Shown: piece after piece, positions 12,019 to 24,985 of the stretch
Numbering within the stretch: position 1 is the first letter of the stretch
Layout: every line of letters starts with the position of its first letter
NCBI GenBank assembly: GCA_951406725.2
Contig: OX597822.1
Location: 72,416,001 to 72,480,000 of the forward strand
Length of the DNA: 64,000 nt
Source of the DNA: Octopus vulgaris
Taxonomy: Eukaryota
Reading direction: 5' to 3'
Notes under the pieces: model-generated
The model's input: the letters and a program-made list of their open reading frames with translations, nothing else
What the model was told of the DNA's origin: nothing
Database searches by the model: none
Position numbers and translations under genes: made by a program

Positions 12019-15000
12019 CTGTCTCGATGGAATTTTGGCTCAGAACATAAACACAGATGAAGTGATCCTACGCATTTTGTCGGTAGTGCTACCCATTTCG
12101 GCAGCTCAACGTAACGAAAGTAACAACAACTACAACAGCAGCAGCAGCAACAGCATTAATTTAGCTTTCAACTAGTCATAACAATGCCTCTGATAACCTT
12201 CATTGGATATGGTACCACCACTAATGATGATGATGATAATACTAATAATAACGTACGTTGATAATATCACCTTATCCGTTGTTTATGCATGCCTACGAAA
12301 ATATATTTATAGATCTTCAAATATTTGTGCTTCGTTTTACGGAAACGTGACAGTATGATTGAACAATAACATCAGAATGTACATCAATATAAAAGAAATA
12401 AAAATGGAAAAGAAAATTAAAAAGGAATTGAAAAGAAGAAAAAAAAGTTAGATAATAGAAACGAAATGGAAACAAAAGGGGACAACGCTAATGAAAGGAA
12501 GAATGGATGTTGGATAGATTGATATTGAACTTTCCTTCATTATTGAATACCGGATGTGTGGTGAACGAAATAGAGTAGATGGACACAAACAACGTGCTGA
12601 GTTTGAAATCTCTATGCCTGGAAGCCATTTTAATTTATTTTCTTACAATTATCTTCCTCTTCAATATTTTGAACAATTCATGAGTACCATAGATTTCACC
12701 ATTACTTTGATTAACGAAATTAATACTTCATTTTGTCATCACTTCATTTTTCAGTAAGCTAACAGAAACTTCGTTATTAAAAGCAAGAAAACAATGTATT
12801 TGATGTTATAAATGATCCCCTAACATATTAGACGCGCCCAAATTTCATCAGCACATCGGTGCATTAAAGTTTACTGGGAGTCCAAATTCTCATTTAGGAC
12901 CTGGTGGGAATTCACTGTGTTTCAGCCTGGCTGCTATGGTCTTCATTAACTACATTTGGACACCTTGTTTTCTAAAATACCAATAAAATATGTACTTTTA
13001 AATTCTTTTAATGTTTCTTTATTGTTTTAAGTGTTTGCATAATATGAAATCCTGAGGTTTATCACTAGTCGCTGAAATCAATTGACTTAATATGCTTTAA
13101 GTATAAAAATTATCCCCTGATCTGCTTGTGGTAATGAAATTGCATTTGGTGAGGTGAAAATAACGTCAGCGGTTATGTAATCTTGAATTATGGAGATTAT
13201 AAGTACAACCTTTAGTGATGAGTAAGTAAAAATGGATGTCTCTTCGACTAAAAATAATTCTTCTTCCCTGTAATATTTGACAGTTCGGTAAAAATGTTCA
13301 ACAACCGATTCAGTAAACAGTGAAGCATAAACGTTTTGTCTCGATTGCCAAAAACAGACCAGATTTGAAGAGACATTTCATTGACCTTAGGACATCAGAT
13401 TTCAATTCTAACACCAATGTGGTAAATATAAGTATAAACTTTTTGTCTTTCAAAACGTAGAACCTGGAAGCTTTTTATCTGATTATTTGCCTCTATCCCT
13501 TACGTTTCGATGACAACTCTACTGCGGCCTAGATGGCAGCACTTGTTGATTTAGCTGTTATCTGCCTGCTACAGATATTAGATAACTTTGAAATCAATAA
13601 CTATTAATGGAAAACAACAAACACTTAAGAGATTTGCTCAAGATCTTGTTTCTTTGATTAGATATAGATTTTTGCAGGATAATGGGTCAGAAAAGTTCTA
13701 ATGTTGTAGTTAGATAATCTAACCAAATCTGAATATTTGTCTATATTCACTGTGATTTTATTGTGTGTACGTGTTGGTTTAAATCTTAAAGTCTATTTGA
13801 ATTTTACATGGCGACTTTGATTTTCTGATATTCATTATTATCTATTTAAAAAATAAGTTAAGAAAATGCTAAAATGTCCGCAACATTTCTTTACTCCCAC
13901 CGACTACTATTTTTATATCGTTAGTTTGGTATCCAATGCTATTGCTTTACGCTGGAATGATATGATAGGATAACAAGTGTAGCTCTTTTATTAAAAAAAA
14001 AAACTGTATAAATTTGCTATCCAAGTTGTTCAAAGTTGTGCAAGCAAAAACATTCCAGAAAGCAAGCACAATGTGCCTGATACATAGCCTTCTTTTCTAC
14101 GGGCTAACGAAGTAATGAGATAGTTTCTTATATGATTCGCGAAGTTGTGGGGACGGTAAAACGACGAGAATTTATTTGTTACATGGTCGTTAAGATTTGT
14201 TATTACGAAATTCAATATTTCGTTTACAGTGCAAACTTAAAAGTGTCTCTCTCTCCCCACGAACACTCATATATGTACATATGTATGTGTACGTGTGTGT
14301 ATGTGTATGTGTATATGTATATGTGAGTGAGTGTAGTATGTGTCTGAGCGCGCACGCGCGTGCGTGTGTGTATGTATCCACGCATATGGGCATATACATA
14401 TACGTATGCACAGTATAAATATAGGCATTTAAAAGTTCAACATACCTTCATTTCATTAATTATAATTACAATGCTTAATGAGAAATATTTAATGAAAATA
14501 TTTTCCGAGTAAAGTGAAGAAGGCGAACTCGCACAATTACAATCTACCAAAATTAAAATTTAAACGGAGAGCAAAAGGAGAGAACTTTTGGCAGTCATGG
14601 TGACAACTCAGAGTATATTTCGGTACTATTAGTTCTCTTCAGCAAACTATAGTATCAAATGCGAATGTGTATGAAATATCAATGAATGATATAGATAGGA
14701 AATGCAAAAAAGAAAAAGAAAAAAGTTTTCAAAACAGTCAATATTTTTGTAGTTTTCAAAAATTGCGATATATGACACAAAATGTCCTCTTGAGTTAGCC
14801 AGAACTTAATAATGACAAACTTTAACTACTAAATTTTGTTAAATACACCTCTGCAGATGCAATGTACATAAGCAATTTACTTTAAATACAACAACAACCG
14901 GGAGTGAGACTGTTTTTAGCAGATTTCCAAATGGGGCTGATGGCAGGCAATGGGTTAATATCGATCTTTGTAACTCTGTCATGCAAAACTTCTTTTCCGA

Positions 15001-16314
15001 GCGTCATCCACATACATTCCAGGCGCCTCACGCCAAATCTACGCTGACCCTTCATGAACAAAGACCTTAAATGTTTCCAGTTTTGTCTCTTTCAATTGTA
15101 TAAAGACAATATCAACGCACTCCTAATAAGAAAACATATTCGTGCTCTATCGCAAGTTATACATACATATATAGAACACAACTAAAACACCCACAGTCAC
15201 TACAGCTCTTAATCGTCGCTATTTCTAATAACATCTGCAGGTAATCCCACATCTTTAATGTATCAAAGACAATATCACAAAGACAGGCATCCACTTGAAA
15301 GACAGATATTACACAAAACACCAAAGCTCCTAACTTAATTGAAATGCATCTGATATCCTCAATGGACTACTTCTTTCATATCAGAGGTGGTACTCTAAGT
15401 AAGTATACAACTACCCAAACTACAAACTACCCGACTAATTCGCATGGAGTTGTTCACCATATGACTCACATATATCTCTTTATTCTATATTTTCTGCAGC
15501 TTCAAACATTGTTCATGCTACTCGGAGAAGAGTAGTCACATGCTACCCAATATCAGGCTCCCAAAACTCTCTAAACCTCTCTTGTTTCATTACAAATATG
15601 GTTGCCGCAATCTCCGCAAAAAGCATTCTTTATAGTTATTCGTAGCACTGCCTCTCTCGAATTACTTCAAGGCATATTTCATGATAATGTGTTTAGACGA
15701 GTTCAAAGTTTAATTTCTGACGAAGAAAGTTATTATGAATCGTTAAAATTTCTTCTCGTAGCATCCAAACTTTTCCTGATTTATTTACTTTTAAAAGATT
15801 AAATATTTCGTAATCTCGTTCAATGGCTTCATTTTATATATTCCGATACTACAAATCTATACTGTATGTAAATAAACACTTGGTTTAGCTCTGAATGAAG
15901 ATCCCATAACGGATAACGTCATGCACGTATTGTTATGCTATATCCGTCAGCAACAAGACACAATTTTATAATAATTTCCGATGAAAAGATTTGAGACTGT
16001 AGTCGGAAACTGAGGTAGCTAAAGCATATACCATAATTGATTCTGGGACACTGAAATCTATTGAAAGCTACGAAGAATTATTGAACATATGTTAAGTTTC
16101 ACTTAAGTTTTGACGTCATTAAGGATTTGTTAGAACGTTATTGGTGTCGAAAAAAAATTAATGGTGAGGAAAAAGCATTAAAATTATTGGTAAAGAGAAC
16201 AATGAAATGTCTTAAAACACGTAAATGAGTCGTTCATTATGTTACCAGAAAACAAAAGTCGATTTTAGAAAATAAATAGATTAAATAAGTGAATATATTT
16301 TGCGAGGAACTTAC

Positions 16315-16437
16315 CTTTGGGTAAAATGAGATAAGTAAATAATGGTAAAATCCACATATAAATCTGCGTCATCCTGTTGGTGCAGCTGTAGTCTGAAGTA
16401 CTCAAAATATGTTGTAGTGTAATCTGTTACTGGTAGC
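16315..16437 (-). CDS. Candidate isolated internal exon of an unidentified host gene (123 bp, phase 2-2)
   Basis: Acceptor TTTTTTCTCTCCTTACACTAG and donor AAG|GTAAGT. Only one frame is open: LPVTDYTTTYFEYFRLQLHQQDDADLYVDFTIIYLSHFTQ. Lies in repeat-poor DNA; protein not recognised. Confidence 0.45.
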
Positions 16438-17915
16438 CTAGTGTAAGGAGAGAAAAAATATCGTCTGAGATATATAATACTCTTGAATGCACAGATTTAG
16501 CAAACGAACGGTAAAGTGTATTATAGAATTTGGAAAATATGTATTTTGATATACGTGTTCCTTGTAAGTTTACATGGTAATTACACGTTTTTCGTTTTTA
16601 ACATCCACAGCATTTACCGTCGTTCTTGAGAATTTGTTTTCGCCACTGTAAAGCATTAATCCACTGTTTATTTTCTAATCAGTTTGGTTTTCTTCTTTTC
16701 CTTACGAAATATTGACCAGGATCAATGGCTTCATCAGAGACGCACGCTTTAACAACTGCTCAGGATACTTGTGTTGAAAAGCCTACATCACATACAGTCA
16801 GCTATTGTAAATGTCCCCATGTATCATCAGAAGTTGATTATACTATCACAACATATGATTGATATCATTTAAAGTAGTTATTATTATTCACATCGCAGCA
16901 TATAAATATTGTTATCGGCAATTTACCTGAAGACACGAGAGGATATTTCTTTCATCAATCATTCAGAGTTTTCTTATAATTCAGACCACAGTCACTGTGT
17001 TCACATTCATATTCTCTTGTTACATCAGAGAGAAAATATTTTAAAACTGTACCGTTTTATCCATATAATATTTACCATAATATCATACCATTTTTCAACT
17101 TTAAGCCTTTTTCATCTGTTAAAAACGCTCTAATTCTTTTATAAAACGATTTACGTTTATCGTCATAAATACTACACTCTGAAATTGAATTTAGATATCG
17201 GATTAACACTGGCTCATATTACTTTGCTGTAAATAGTTGGATCATCGACCGAAGCTCTGAATTGAAATCGTACAACAGCCACAGAATTGACTACAACGAA
17301 CTCAGATAGGGTAATACATGCAGTCGCAATAAACTGGTGCACAGATAAATGTAAAGGAGTCTATGAGAGTTTTTGTAAAAGCGTCATAATCTGAATATTT
17401 ATGAAGGGTAAAGAATATAACGATGCAAACCTTGTTATTCGTCTGAAGGTGAGAGAAAGAGGGAGAAAAAAGAGAGAATTAGAGAGAGTGAGGGGGATAG
17501 GTGGATAATGAGTGGTGTAGAAAGAAAGGTGTAGTAAAAAAGAGAAAGAGAGAGAGAGAGAGATGGAGAGCGAAAAACAGAAGGGTGTAGAGAGAAAGAG
17601 AGACAAGTGTAGGTAGTTTACATGTAGGAAATTAAATATGAGAAAATATGAGAGGGACTTACATTCGAAGTACTTCAGGCAAATGAAATTCCCATTGATA
17701 CCCCAACAAAACGGTCGCAGTTTGTGAAGGCGTTTACTCATGATCATCAATATTTATATAAATTACCAAGCACTAAGCACCCGTTGAATTTCATACACGG
17801 ATCGGATGTACAATCCGATCACTTCCCCTAACGGGATACTGACTAAAGCCGTCGCATTTGCAAAACGATATTTTCAGGACTTATGAGAGAGCCAAACACA
17901 CACACAACATGTATA

Positions 17916-17992
<77 letters not shown>

Positions 17993-18921
17993 CATATATG
18001 TGTGTGTGTATGTATATTATATGTAGGAATGCATATACATAATGTTTAAATGATGATGTATGTGCGTTATATATATATGTATAGTATACTATGCATATAT
18101 ATATATATATATATAGTATACACACACACACACACTCATACTAATATATAAATATATATTATTATATATTCGTAGTTGCAGTAGAAGGATTTTACGAGAT
18201 AAGTTTTATTGTTGCCAATGCCTGTTGCGATATTTATTATAGATTATTATTCTAAGACAATGAAGGTTTACAACACTGTATTATATCCGAGTTAAATTAT
18301 GGATTCTTTAGTGATCGCGATAATTGAGAAATTCAATGGAAATGTGTGAAAAACATTGTTTAGCAAATGTCGCATAAACCGCTTATAATCGCCGAAGACA
18401 TACCACAGGTTGTTGTTGCTGATCTTTGTACGCTTTCCTGTCATAATTAATCTTTCACTTGTTATTGTTGTCTCCTTGCTGTTATGGTTGTTGTCGACGT
18501 AGTTGGTGTGAAATAAAGGTTTATATTTGGTTGGGACAAAAAGTGCTTTTGTTAGTTTTCATGGAAACGAAGCCGTGAAGGATTTTAGCTTAGATAAACG
18601 AGGATTGTTATTGTGGACTTGTTATTCTCAAACATAGAATATAAATTATATTGTGTATATTTTAAAGACGGAACGATATTTGCATTTTCTTGATCAGGTA
18701 AGAAAGCGTAACGATTACATGTACCTATATGTTAAGATAACTACTGCATTTGACGAAGAGGGAAGAGATAAAACACAATTTGTGATAAGAAGCAATAGAT
18801 TTATATACAACGATAAGTGCAAAATCTTATTCAGTCAATAGACAAAGAAATTTAGAGTTCCAGCATCAACAATTCATGAATAACTGCCAATAGACCCTGT
18901 TGACAAATCACACACAAACTA

Positions 18922-18952
<31 letters not shown>

Positions 18953-19049
18953 GCGCACACACACACGTGTGTATGTGAAAAGTACACAAACACATACCCG
19001 TCTTTTATCTAGTAGAGTACAGAGCACCAAAGAATACTTCATAACGACA

Positions 19050-19912
19050 GCTAACGGAGGTGAAAAAGACAGGAATGAAACAAAATACGAGCACATTAGA
19101 CAAACCGAAGAGAAACCTCTGCATGGCCAATTTTGGAGATCAATTGAAAATGTATGTGGGACAAAATCTTGGGCTCGGTTAAAAAAGGAGCAATTAAAGA
19201 AAAAAAGAAACAGATAACCTAACTGTAGTAGCCCGAAATCAAGCGATAAAAACAATCGACTTGAAAAAATATATATGGAGAGAATGTGTCAGAAAAATAT
19301 AGAGCCTGTGGAACTTGGCACGAGACAGTGGCACACATTGTGGAAGAATGTCCCAAGTTAGCACAGGAGAAATATAAGAAATGGATGCACGACCAGGTTG
19401 TAGAAGTTATACACAGGGAACTGTGCCAGAAATGGGGATTTCAAGCTGGAAACGCTTGGTACAGTTATCAAGTCGAAAGAGTATTGGAGTCTGAGAAATG
19501 TAAGATTTTGAGAAATTTTCCTATTCCAACGGACAAGACATAACAATTATAACTAAGGAAAACGAAGTTGCTTACTAATCGACCCATCATGCCAGTTTGA
19601 TTCCAGGATCGTGAAAAAAGAAGAAGAAAAAACAATACGATATCTTAAAATTTGAAATAGGAAGAATTTGGAGCATGCGAACAGTAAAAGTCGTGCCTAT
19701 AATAACTGGTGCGTTGAGAACAGTAAGCAAAGATATAGAGAAATGGCTGATTGAAATAGAACACTCGGTAAGCTCCAAGAGAAAGTTTGGGACAGCAAGG
19801 ATTATCAGGAGGGTTCTAAGCACTTAATAGTTTGCTGAAAACTTGTGGATACCTAAGGTTACAGGTAGTAACCTGCTACTCACATAAATCCTACCAGGAA
19901 CCTGAGTCAAAC
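19050..19912 (+). mobile_element. R4/Dong-like non-LTR retrotransposon 3' fragment (zinc knuckle + RLE)
   Basis: KPLHGQFWR...YRACGTWHETVAHIVEECPKLAQEKYKKWMHDQV..IHRELC..VLESEKCKIL..VVPIITGAL..GTARIIRRVL; ends in (AAT)n. Confidence 0.92.
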
Positions 19913-19949
19913 AATAATAATAATAATAATAATGATAATAATAATAATG

Positions 19950-19986
<37 letters not shown>

Positions 19987-19989
<3 letters not shown>

Positions 19990-20175
19990 AGTTCTATATT
20001 TAAGAGATGAGTAATTATTTACATTATTTTCATTATTGACATTCGACGGATATTTGTCCTCATCTTTGTTCTTAACACAACGTTTCAGCTGATAAACCCT
20101 CCAGCTTTCTTCAGGTGTCTTGGGGGAAATTTCGAATCTGGGTTCTCATTCCTAAGGTATTTTTCGATGTTGTTG

Positions 20176-20246
<71 letters not shown>

Positions 20247-20410
20247 GTTATTGTTCAGGTGACTGCTTGGAATCGAACTCGGAATCTTGGGGTTAGTAGC
20301 CACTACGCCATATGCCCATGGGCATATGGCGTAGTGGTTAAGAGTGCGGGCTACTAACCCCAAGATTCCCAGTTCGATTCCAGACAGTGACCTGAAAAAT
20401 AACAATAATA
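19987..20410 (-). mobile_element. tRNA-headed, hammerhead-containing short element with inverted duplicate head
   Basis: Minus unit: tRNA-like head (20253-20318), (AAT)n, hammerhead module, AT-rich tail. A mirror head lies on the plus strand (20319-20395) around the palindrome centre CCCAT|GGG. Confidence 0.7.
20074..20119 (-). ncRNA. Minimal type I hammerhead ribozyme motif
   Basis: gacac CTGAAGA a agctg-gagggtttat-cagct GAAAC GTT gtgtt: stem I, core, stem II and palindromic ACGT helix III. Confidence 0.75.
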
Positions 20411-20439
20411 ATGATAATAATAATAATAATGATGATGAT

Positions 20440-20900
20440 GATGCAGAACCAGGCAGTGGCTCTCATGGCATATGATCTTAACTGATCATGTACACTATTT
20501 TGTCTTGGTATAAAAAATGAGCTACAGCAAATATTCTGCTCAATACCACAGATTTGCTTGTTAGTTGCTTGACCGTAACCAGTTGAGCTTGTCCCTTAGT
20601 GGCTGACGATATGTGCCTCACAAGCAAAGTAGTCGGGGAGCATCATAACCATGCGTTGAGAGGAAGTCTTTGGGGTTTGGATGCTTCGTTCAACATCTTT
20701 AAACAACCCTTATTCAGGGAACCTTTGAACGGGATGGGCTACTCGACCTGAAGAAAATTCTAACTGGTCCCCACCTCCAAGATCAAGAGCCATTTATCTT
20801 GACATGAGATCACTATGTCGCGCACATATGGTTGTGATGCATGTGCCTGGTGTGCCCTTATCAGACGGGTAGTCATGATGGGTATACTGCTCTCTCACTC
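20440..20900 (+). mobile_element. Family C element with internal deletions
   Basis: Collinear with 6137-6691; (AAT)n/(GAT)n on both sides. Confidence 0.88.
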
Positions 20901-22347
20901 CATAATAATAATAAACATATTGTCTTTGAAAATCTCTGATCTCTGCTCCACAATTTAAAATTATCTTCCACCTACAGCACTCTAATTTATTCCCTTTGTA
21001 AACTGTATACACATCCCGTCTTCTTCAAACCCGTTGATTCTAGTGATTCGCATCAGATGAAACTTATATATATATATAACGGGAAAGCAGAATAATTTTT
21101 CTGCCTTGTAAATAAGTGCTATCCAAAAAGAGAGGCTGCTAAATCGACTTCCAACAGCCTTATTACCTACTTGACTTATTTGATGCAAGAAAACAAATCT
21201 GTTTACGCCAGTATTTAGCATGTGTGTATCTTTTAGCAGAGGTCCTTGTATTTAAGATATTTACGAACTTTCTTTAGCTTGTGGATAAATTCCATTCATT
21301 CTGCCATTAGTCTTGGAGGCTCTGAAAAATTCTATGTATTTGTGTTGAGTAATTAGGTAAGGGGTTCAAATACTGCCAGGTGTAGCTTTGATTTCCCTTC
21401 TGCTTTGCCTTTCACTCCTCACCGATCAACAAAATAAAATCTTTGTTCTTAACTTTCTTCAACTGATTAATGCATTAGTGAACAAAGAAAAAAATCTGTT
21501 TGTACAAATATTAAACTTGATTCCAAAATAAACCGTTCTTAATAAATCTGTGGCAGCAAATCTCAACAACTCTACCACAGTGACCTCTTTCACAGACATA
21601 TTCTTGTTTTTGTCTTAAAACGTATAACTCTCGTTTCATCAGAAATCTTGCTCTTCAACGTCACTTTGTTTCTTTCGTTTGGAACGGTCGCTTTCCTTGT
21701 TAATCTTTAGTAACAAAACAGTCAACTACACACGTCTCTTATTCTTGTATGAATTTTTCTGGAACATAACGCAGGGAACAGTGTTCTTCTCTTTTCTCGC
21801 CGATGAGAAGATTAAAGTGGCTAATCACACCGTTTCCCTACGCTAGCCCTCCGGACGTTGTCAAGTTAATATTAGTTCAAACTGTGGAAGAGACTAGCAA
21901 TAAATTCATTAAGTACTCTAGCAAAGAAAGAAAGAAAAATACGAAAATACAAAAAAATGCAACAAAACATTTTCAAATCAGATTAAAGGGAAGCTGCGTT
22001 GTAGCATAAATAACTTTCTTACATTAATGCTAAAACTATCTTAATAGAAGCAAACGCTTTTAGAGAAAGAACAGAGGACACCGCAGCACAACAGTGCTGG
22101 TCAAATAGCAGAAAACAATCTTATTCAACAATCATTGTAATGTGGATTTCAACCTTCATACTGCTAGAGTTATTATTTTGTGATGAAGAATACAAAACAA
22201 TGTGAGACCATTCATCAAAGACGATAAATATTGTTCAAATCAAAATGTATGTTGGAATATTTATTACGTGTCTATTAATAATAAAGTAACTAATGAATCT
22301 CTCAGTCTGTCTCCCTCCTTCCCTCACTACCTTTCCTCCACTTCCTC

Positions 22348-22348
<1 letters not shown>

Positions 22349-22424
<76 letters not shown>
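22349..22424. repeat. (TATC)n microsatellite
   Basis: Direct reading; others at 41519-41590 and 58376-58505. Confidence 0.95.
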
Positions 22425-22453
22425 AATATACGTATGCATATACGCGCGTTCAT

Positions 22454-22484
<31 letters not shown>

Positions 22485-22656
22485 TACACACACATACGCG
22501 CACATTGAACAGCAATTCTTCATTTCAAATAATTCGTACTTTAATATTTATGATGCCTAAATACTTACATTGTTACGCATGTACGTATTTGTGTGTGTGA
22601 GTGTATATATGTGTGTGCGTATGTGTGTATGCATGTGTGTGTGTCAATGTGAGTGA

Positions 22657-22707
<51 letters not shown>

Positions 22708-23999
22708 TATATATGTATGTATATATATGTGTGTATATGAGTGCATGTGTAGGTATATTTATATCTGTATGTATCTCACTCTATATATTTACATATATGT
22801 ATATATATATATACGTGTGTGTGTGTGTGTGTATAAGTATGTGCATAGGTGCGTAATTATGTATGTATGTGAGTGTATAGACAAATGTAAGCAATTAAGT
22901 GTCATAAATATTGTAACGTGAATTATTTGGAATAAACAATTACAGTAGAAAAGATAAGATAAAGCCAAAATACAAAAGAAGTAATAGAAAATAGAGACAT
23001 CAGTAAAAACGAAGGGAGCAAAGCTAACGACAACATTATAACGAATAACAACAAAAACGAATACCTTATGAATATGAAAGAGTGTTGAAGCAAACCTAGC
23101 TTGGAATTAGCGACGTACATAATAACACAATACTAGACAAAACGTTATAGAAATATGAAGGAAGATATGTATGTATACACACACACACACTTCCATTTAC
23201 ATATATCTTCCTTGTTTCAGTCACTGGTCTGTGGCCATGCTGGTGCACTGATTCGAAGCGTTTAATCGAACAACTCGGCCTCACTTCTCTCCTGCCGTAA
23301 ACTCAGATGAAGGTTTTTCAATTTCTTATTGAATAACCTGTAGAGGTGATTTGCTTATAACAATCAAATGTTTGGATTGTACATTAGCTCACTCTCCTAC
23401 ATCATTTAGATGCGCGACAGAATAGAGGCTACCTCACTGGCTCGTGAATATCATTTCCAATGGAGGGTGCCCTCACAATCACATCCAGCCACTCAAAATG
23501 TTCCAGAATGTCAGAAAGCAGCGCATATCCTACTGATTCCTACAATTAGCAAAGAGTATTTGTCTGTCTTACTCTTTTCTTCTTTTACTTGTTTTAGTCT
23601 CTTGACAGCGGCCATGCTGGAGCACCGACTTTAGTCGAGCAAATCGACCCCAGGACTTATTCTTAGTAAGCCTAGTACCTATTCTATCGGTTTCTTTTGC
23701 TGAACCGTTAAGTTACGGGGCCGTAAACACACCAGCATCGGTTGTCAAGCGATGTTGGGGGCATAAACACCGACACACAAACACGCACACACACATACAC
23801 ACACACATACATACATACATATATATGTATATATATATATATATATATACGGTTAAGTAATTGAGATTCTAGTGAATTCTAAAGAATTCACATGAATATG
23901 GTCCTTAACTAGGATGCACCGGATATCTATATGGTGTTAGCCATACGACAAGTGGGGTGATTATAAATAGGAAAAAAGCAACAAGAATGGATTAAAATC

Positions 24000-24083
24000 T
24001 CGGTACGATCGTTTCGTACGAGGACATCTTTAATAAGCTACAAAAAATGCAGTGAATACAGATGGCTCGTACTCGTCAGCCGA
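24000..24083 (-). ncRNA. Type I hammerhead ribozyme (left arm)
   Basis: Exact reverse complement of 24645-24728. Confidence 0.88.
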
Positions 24084-24644
24084 AAAAATATCAGAGAATT
24101 CCCAAACATCAAAAGGGGTAGATACAAAAGAGGTTGTAGGATTAACTGCATTGAAGAAAGTTCGATTCATGGAGATCTGATGAAAGGTTTTAAACCTATA
24201 GAATTTATGCATGTCTACATATAGCTCATATTGAATATTTGATCAAGTTGTATGAAGAAATTTTCGGATACAGTCATGCAAAATTTCTGAAAATCCGAGT
24301 AAGAGGCAAAGTGACTGCCACATCATGTAGAGGAAAGACTGAGTAAAAACATAGTGACTGTCATGTCGTGTAGAGGAACAGATTGTTATTGAAATTAACA
24401 AGAATCGCAGATAAGTTCGATTTTTTTGGAGATCTGATGAAAAAGTCTTGAACTTACAAAATTTGTGTATGTCCTTATAGTTCGTAATCCAGTTTTGTGG
24501 AGGGATTTAGGGTACAATCATGCGAAAATATCAGGGAGTCCGAATGAGAAGCAAAAATGACAGCCTTATATTGTAGTGGTTCAGGTAGTTAATGACAAAT
24601 TTGTATCTACCCCTTTTGATGTTTGGGAATTCTCTGATATTTTT

Positions 24645-24728
24645 TCGGCTGACGAGTACGAGCCATCTGTATTCACTGCATTTTTTGTAGCTTATTAAAG
24701 ATGTCCTCGTACGAAACGATCGTACCGA
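24645..24728 (+). ncRNA. Type I hammerhead ribozyme (right arm)
   Basis: tcgg CTGACGA gtacgag...ctcgtac GAAAC gatc GTA ccga: intact core, perfect 7-bp stem II, palindromic ACGATCGT helix III; predicted cleavage 3' of A24724. Confidence 0.88.
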
Positions 24729-24789
24729 GATTTTAATCCATTCTTGTTGCTTTTTTCCTATTTATATATATATATATATATAATTATAT

Positions 24790-24985
24790 AAATTAGAGAC
24801 AAAACCACTATTAGGCAAATCAAACAATGAAAGACTTAAGCCAATACATATGATTAATTTATATTATTTAAATATGTAACAAAATTATTAAAAAATATAA
24901 TTAATATATATAATTTACTATAAAATTGGATTCAATCCTAAATCTGATTTTTCCCTGTAAGTTTGGATTTATTCCCTAATATTTA
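24790..24985. mobile_element. AT-rich PLE-terminus-like repeat family F
   Basis: AATTAGAGACAAAACCACTATTAGGCAAATCA and TTGGATTCAATCCTAAATCTG blocks shared with 38630-38906 and 57446-57760. Confidence 0.7.

Larger units (their letters stand above)
23850..24766 (-). mobile_element. Penelope-like fragment with inverted pseudo-LTRs
   Basis: 167-bp inverted repeats 23962-24128 and 24600-24766, identical by eye, each with a hammerhead; ~110-bp extension beyond the left arm; (TA)n on both flanks. Confidence 0.75.

Noticed and set aside
13524-13542. CTCF-like motif GCGGCCTAGATGGCAGCAC
   Set aside because: A single short match that cannot be supported without binding or conservation data.
20319-20395. 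Functional tRNA gene
   Set aside because: A and B boxes are present, but the acceptor, D and T stems pair poorly; treated as a SINE head.
24175-24465. Two plus-strand CTGATGA motifs each followed by a small hairpin
   Set aside because: No GAAA core or closing stems follow; better explained by the minus-strand repeat.
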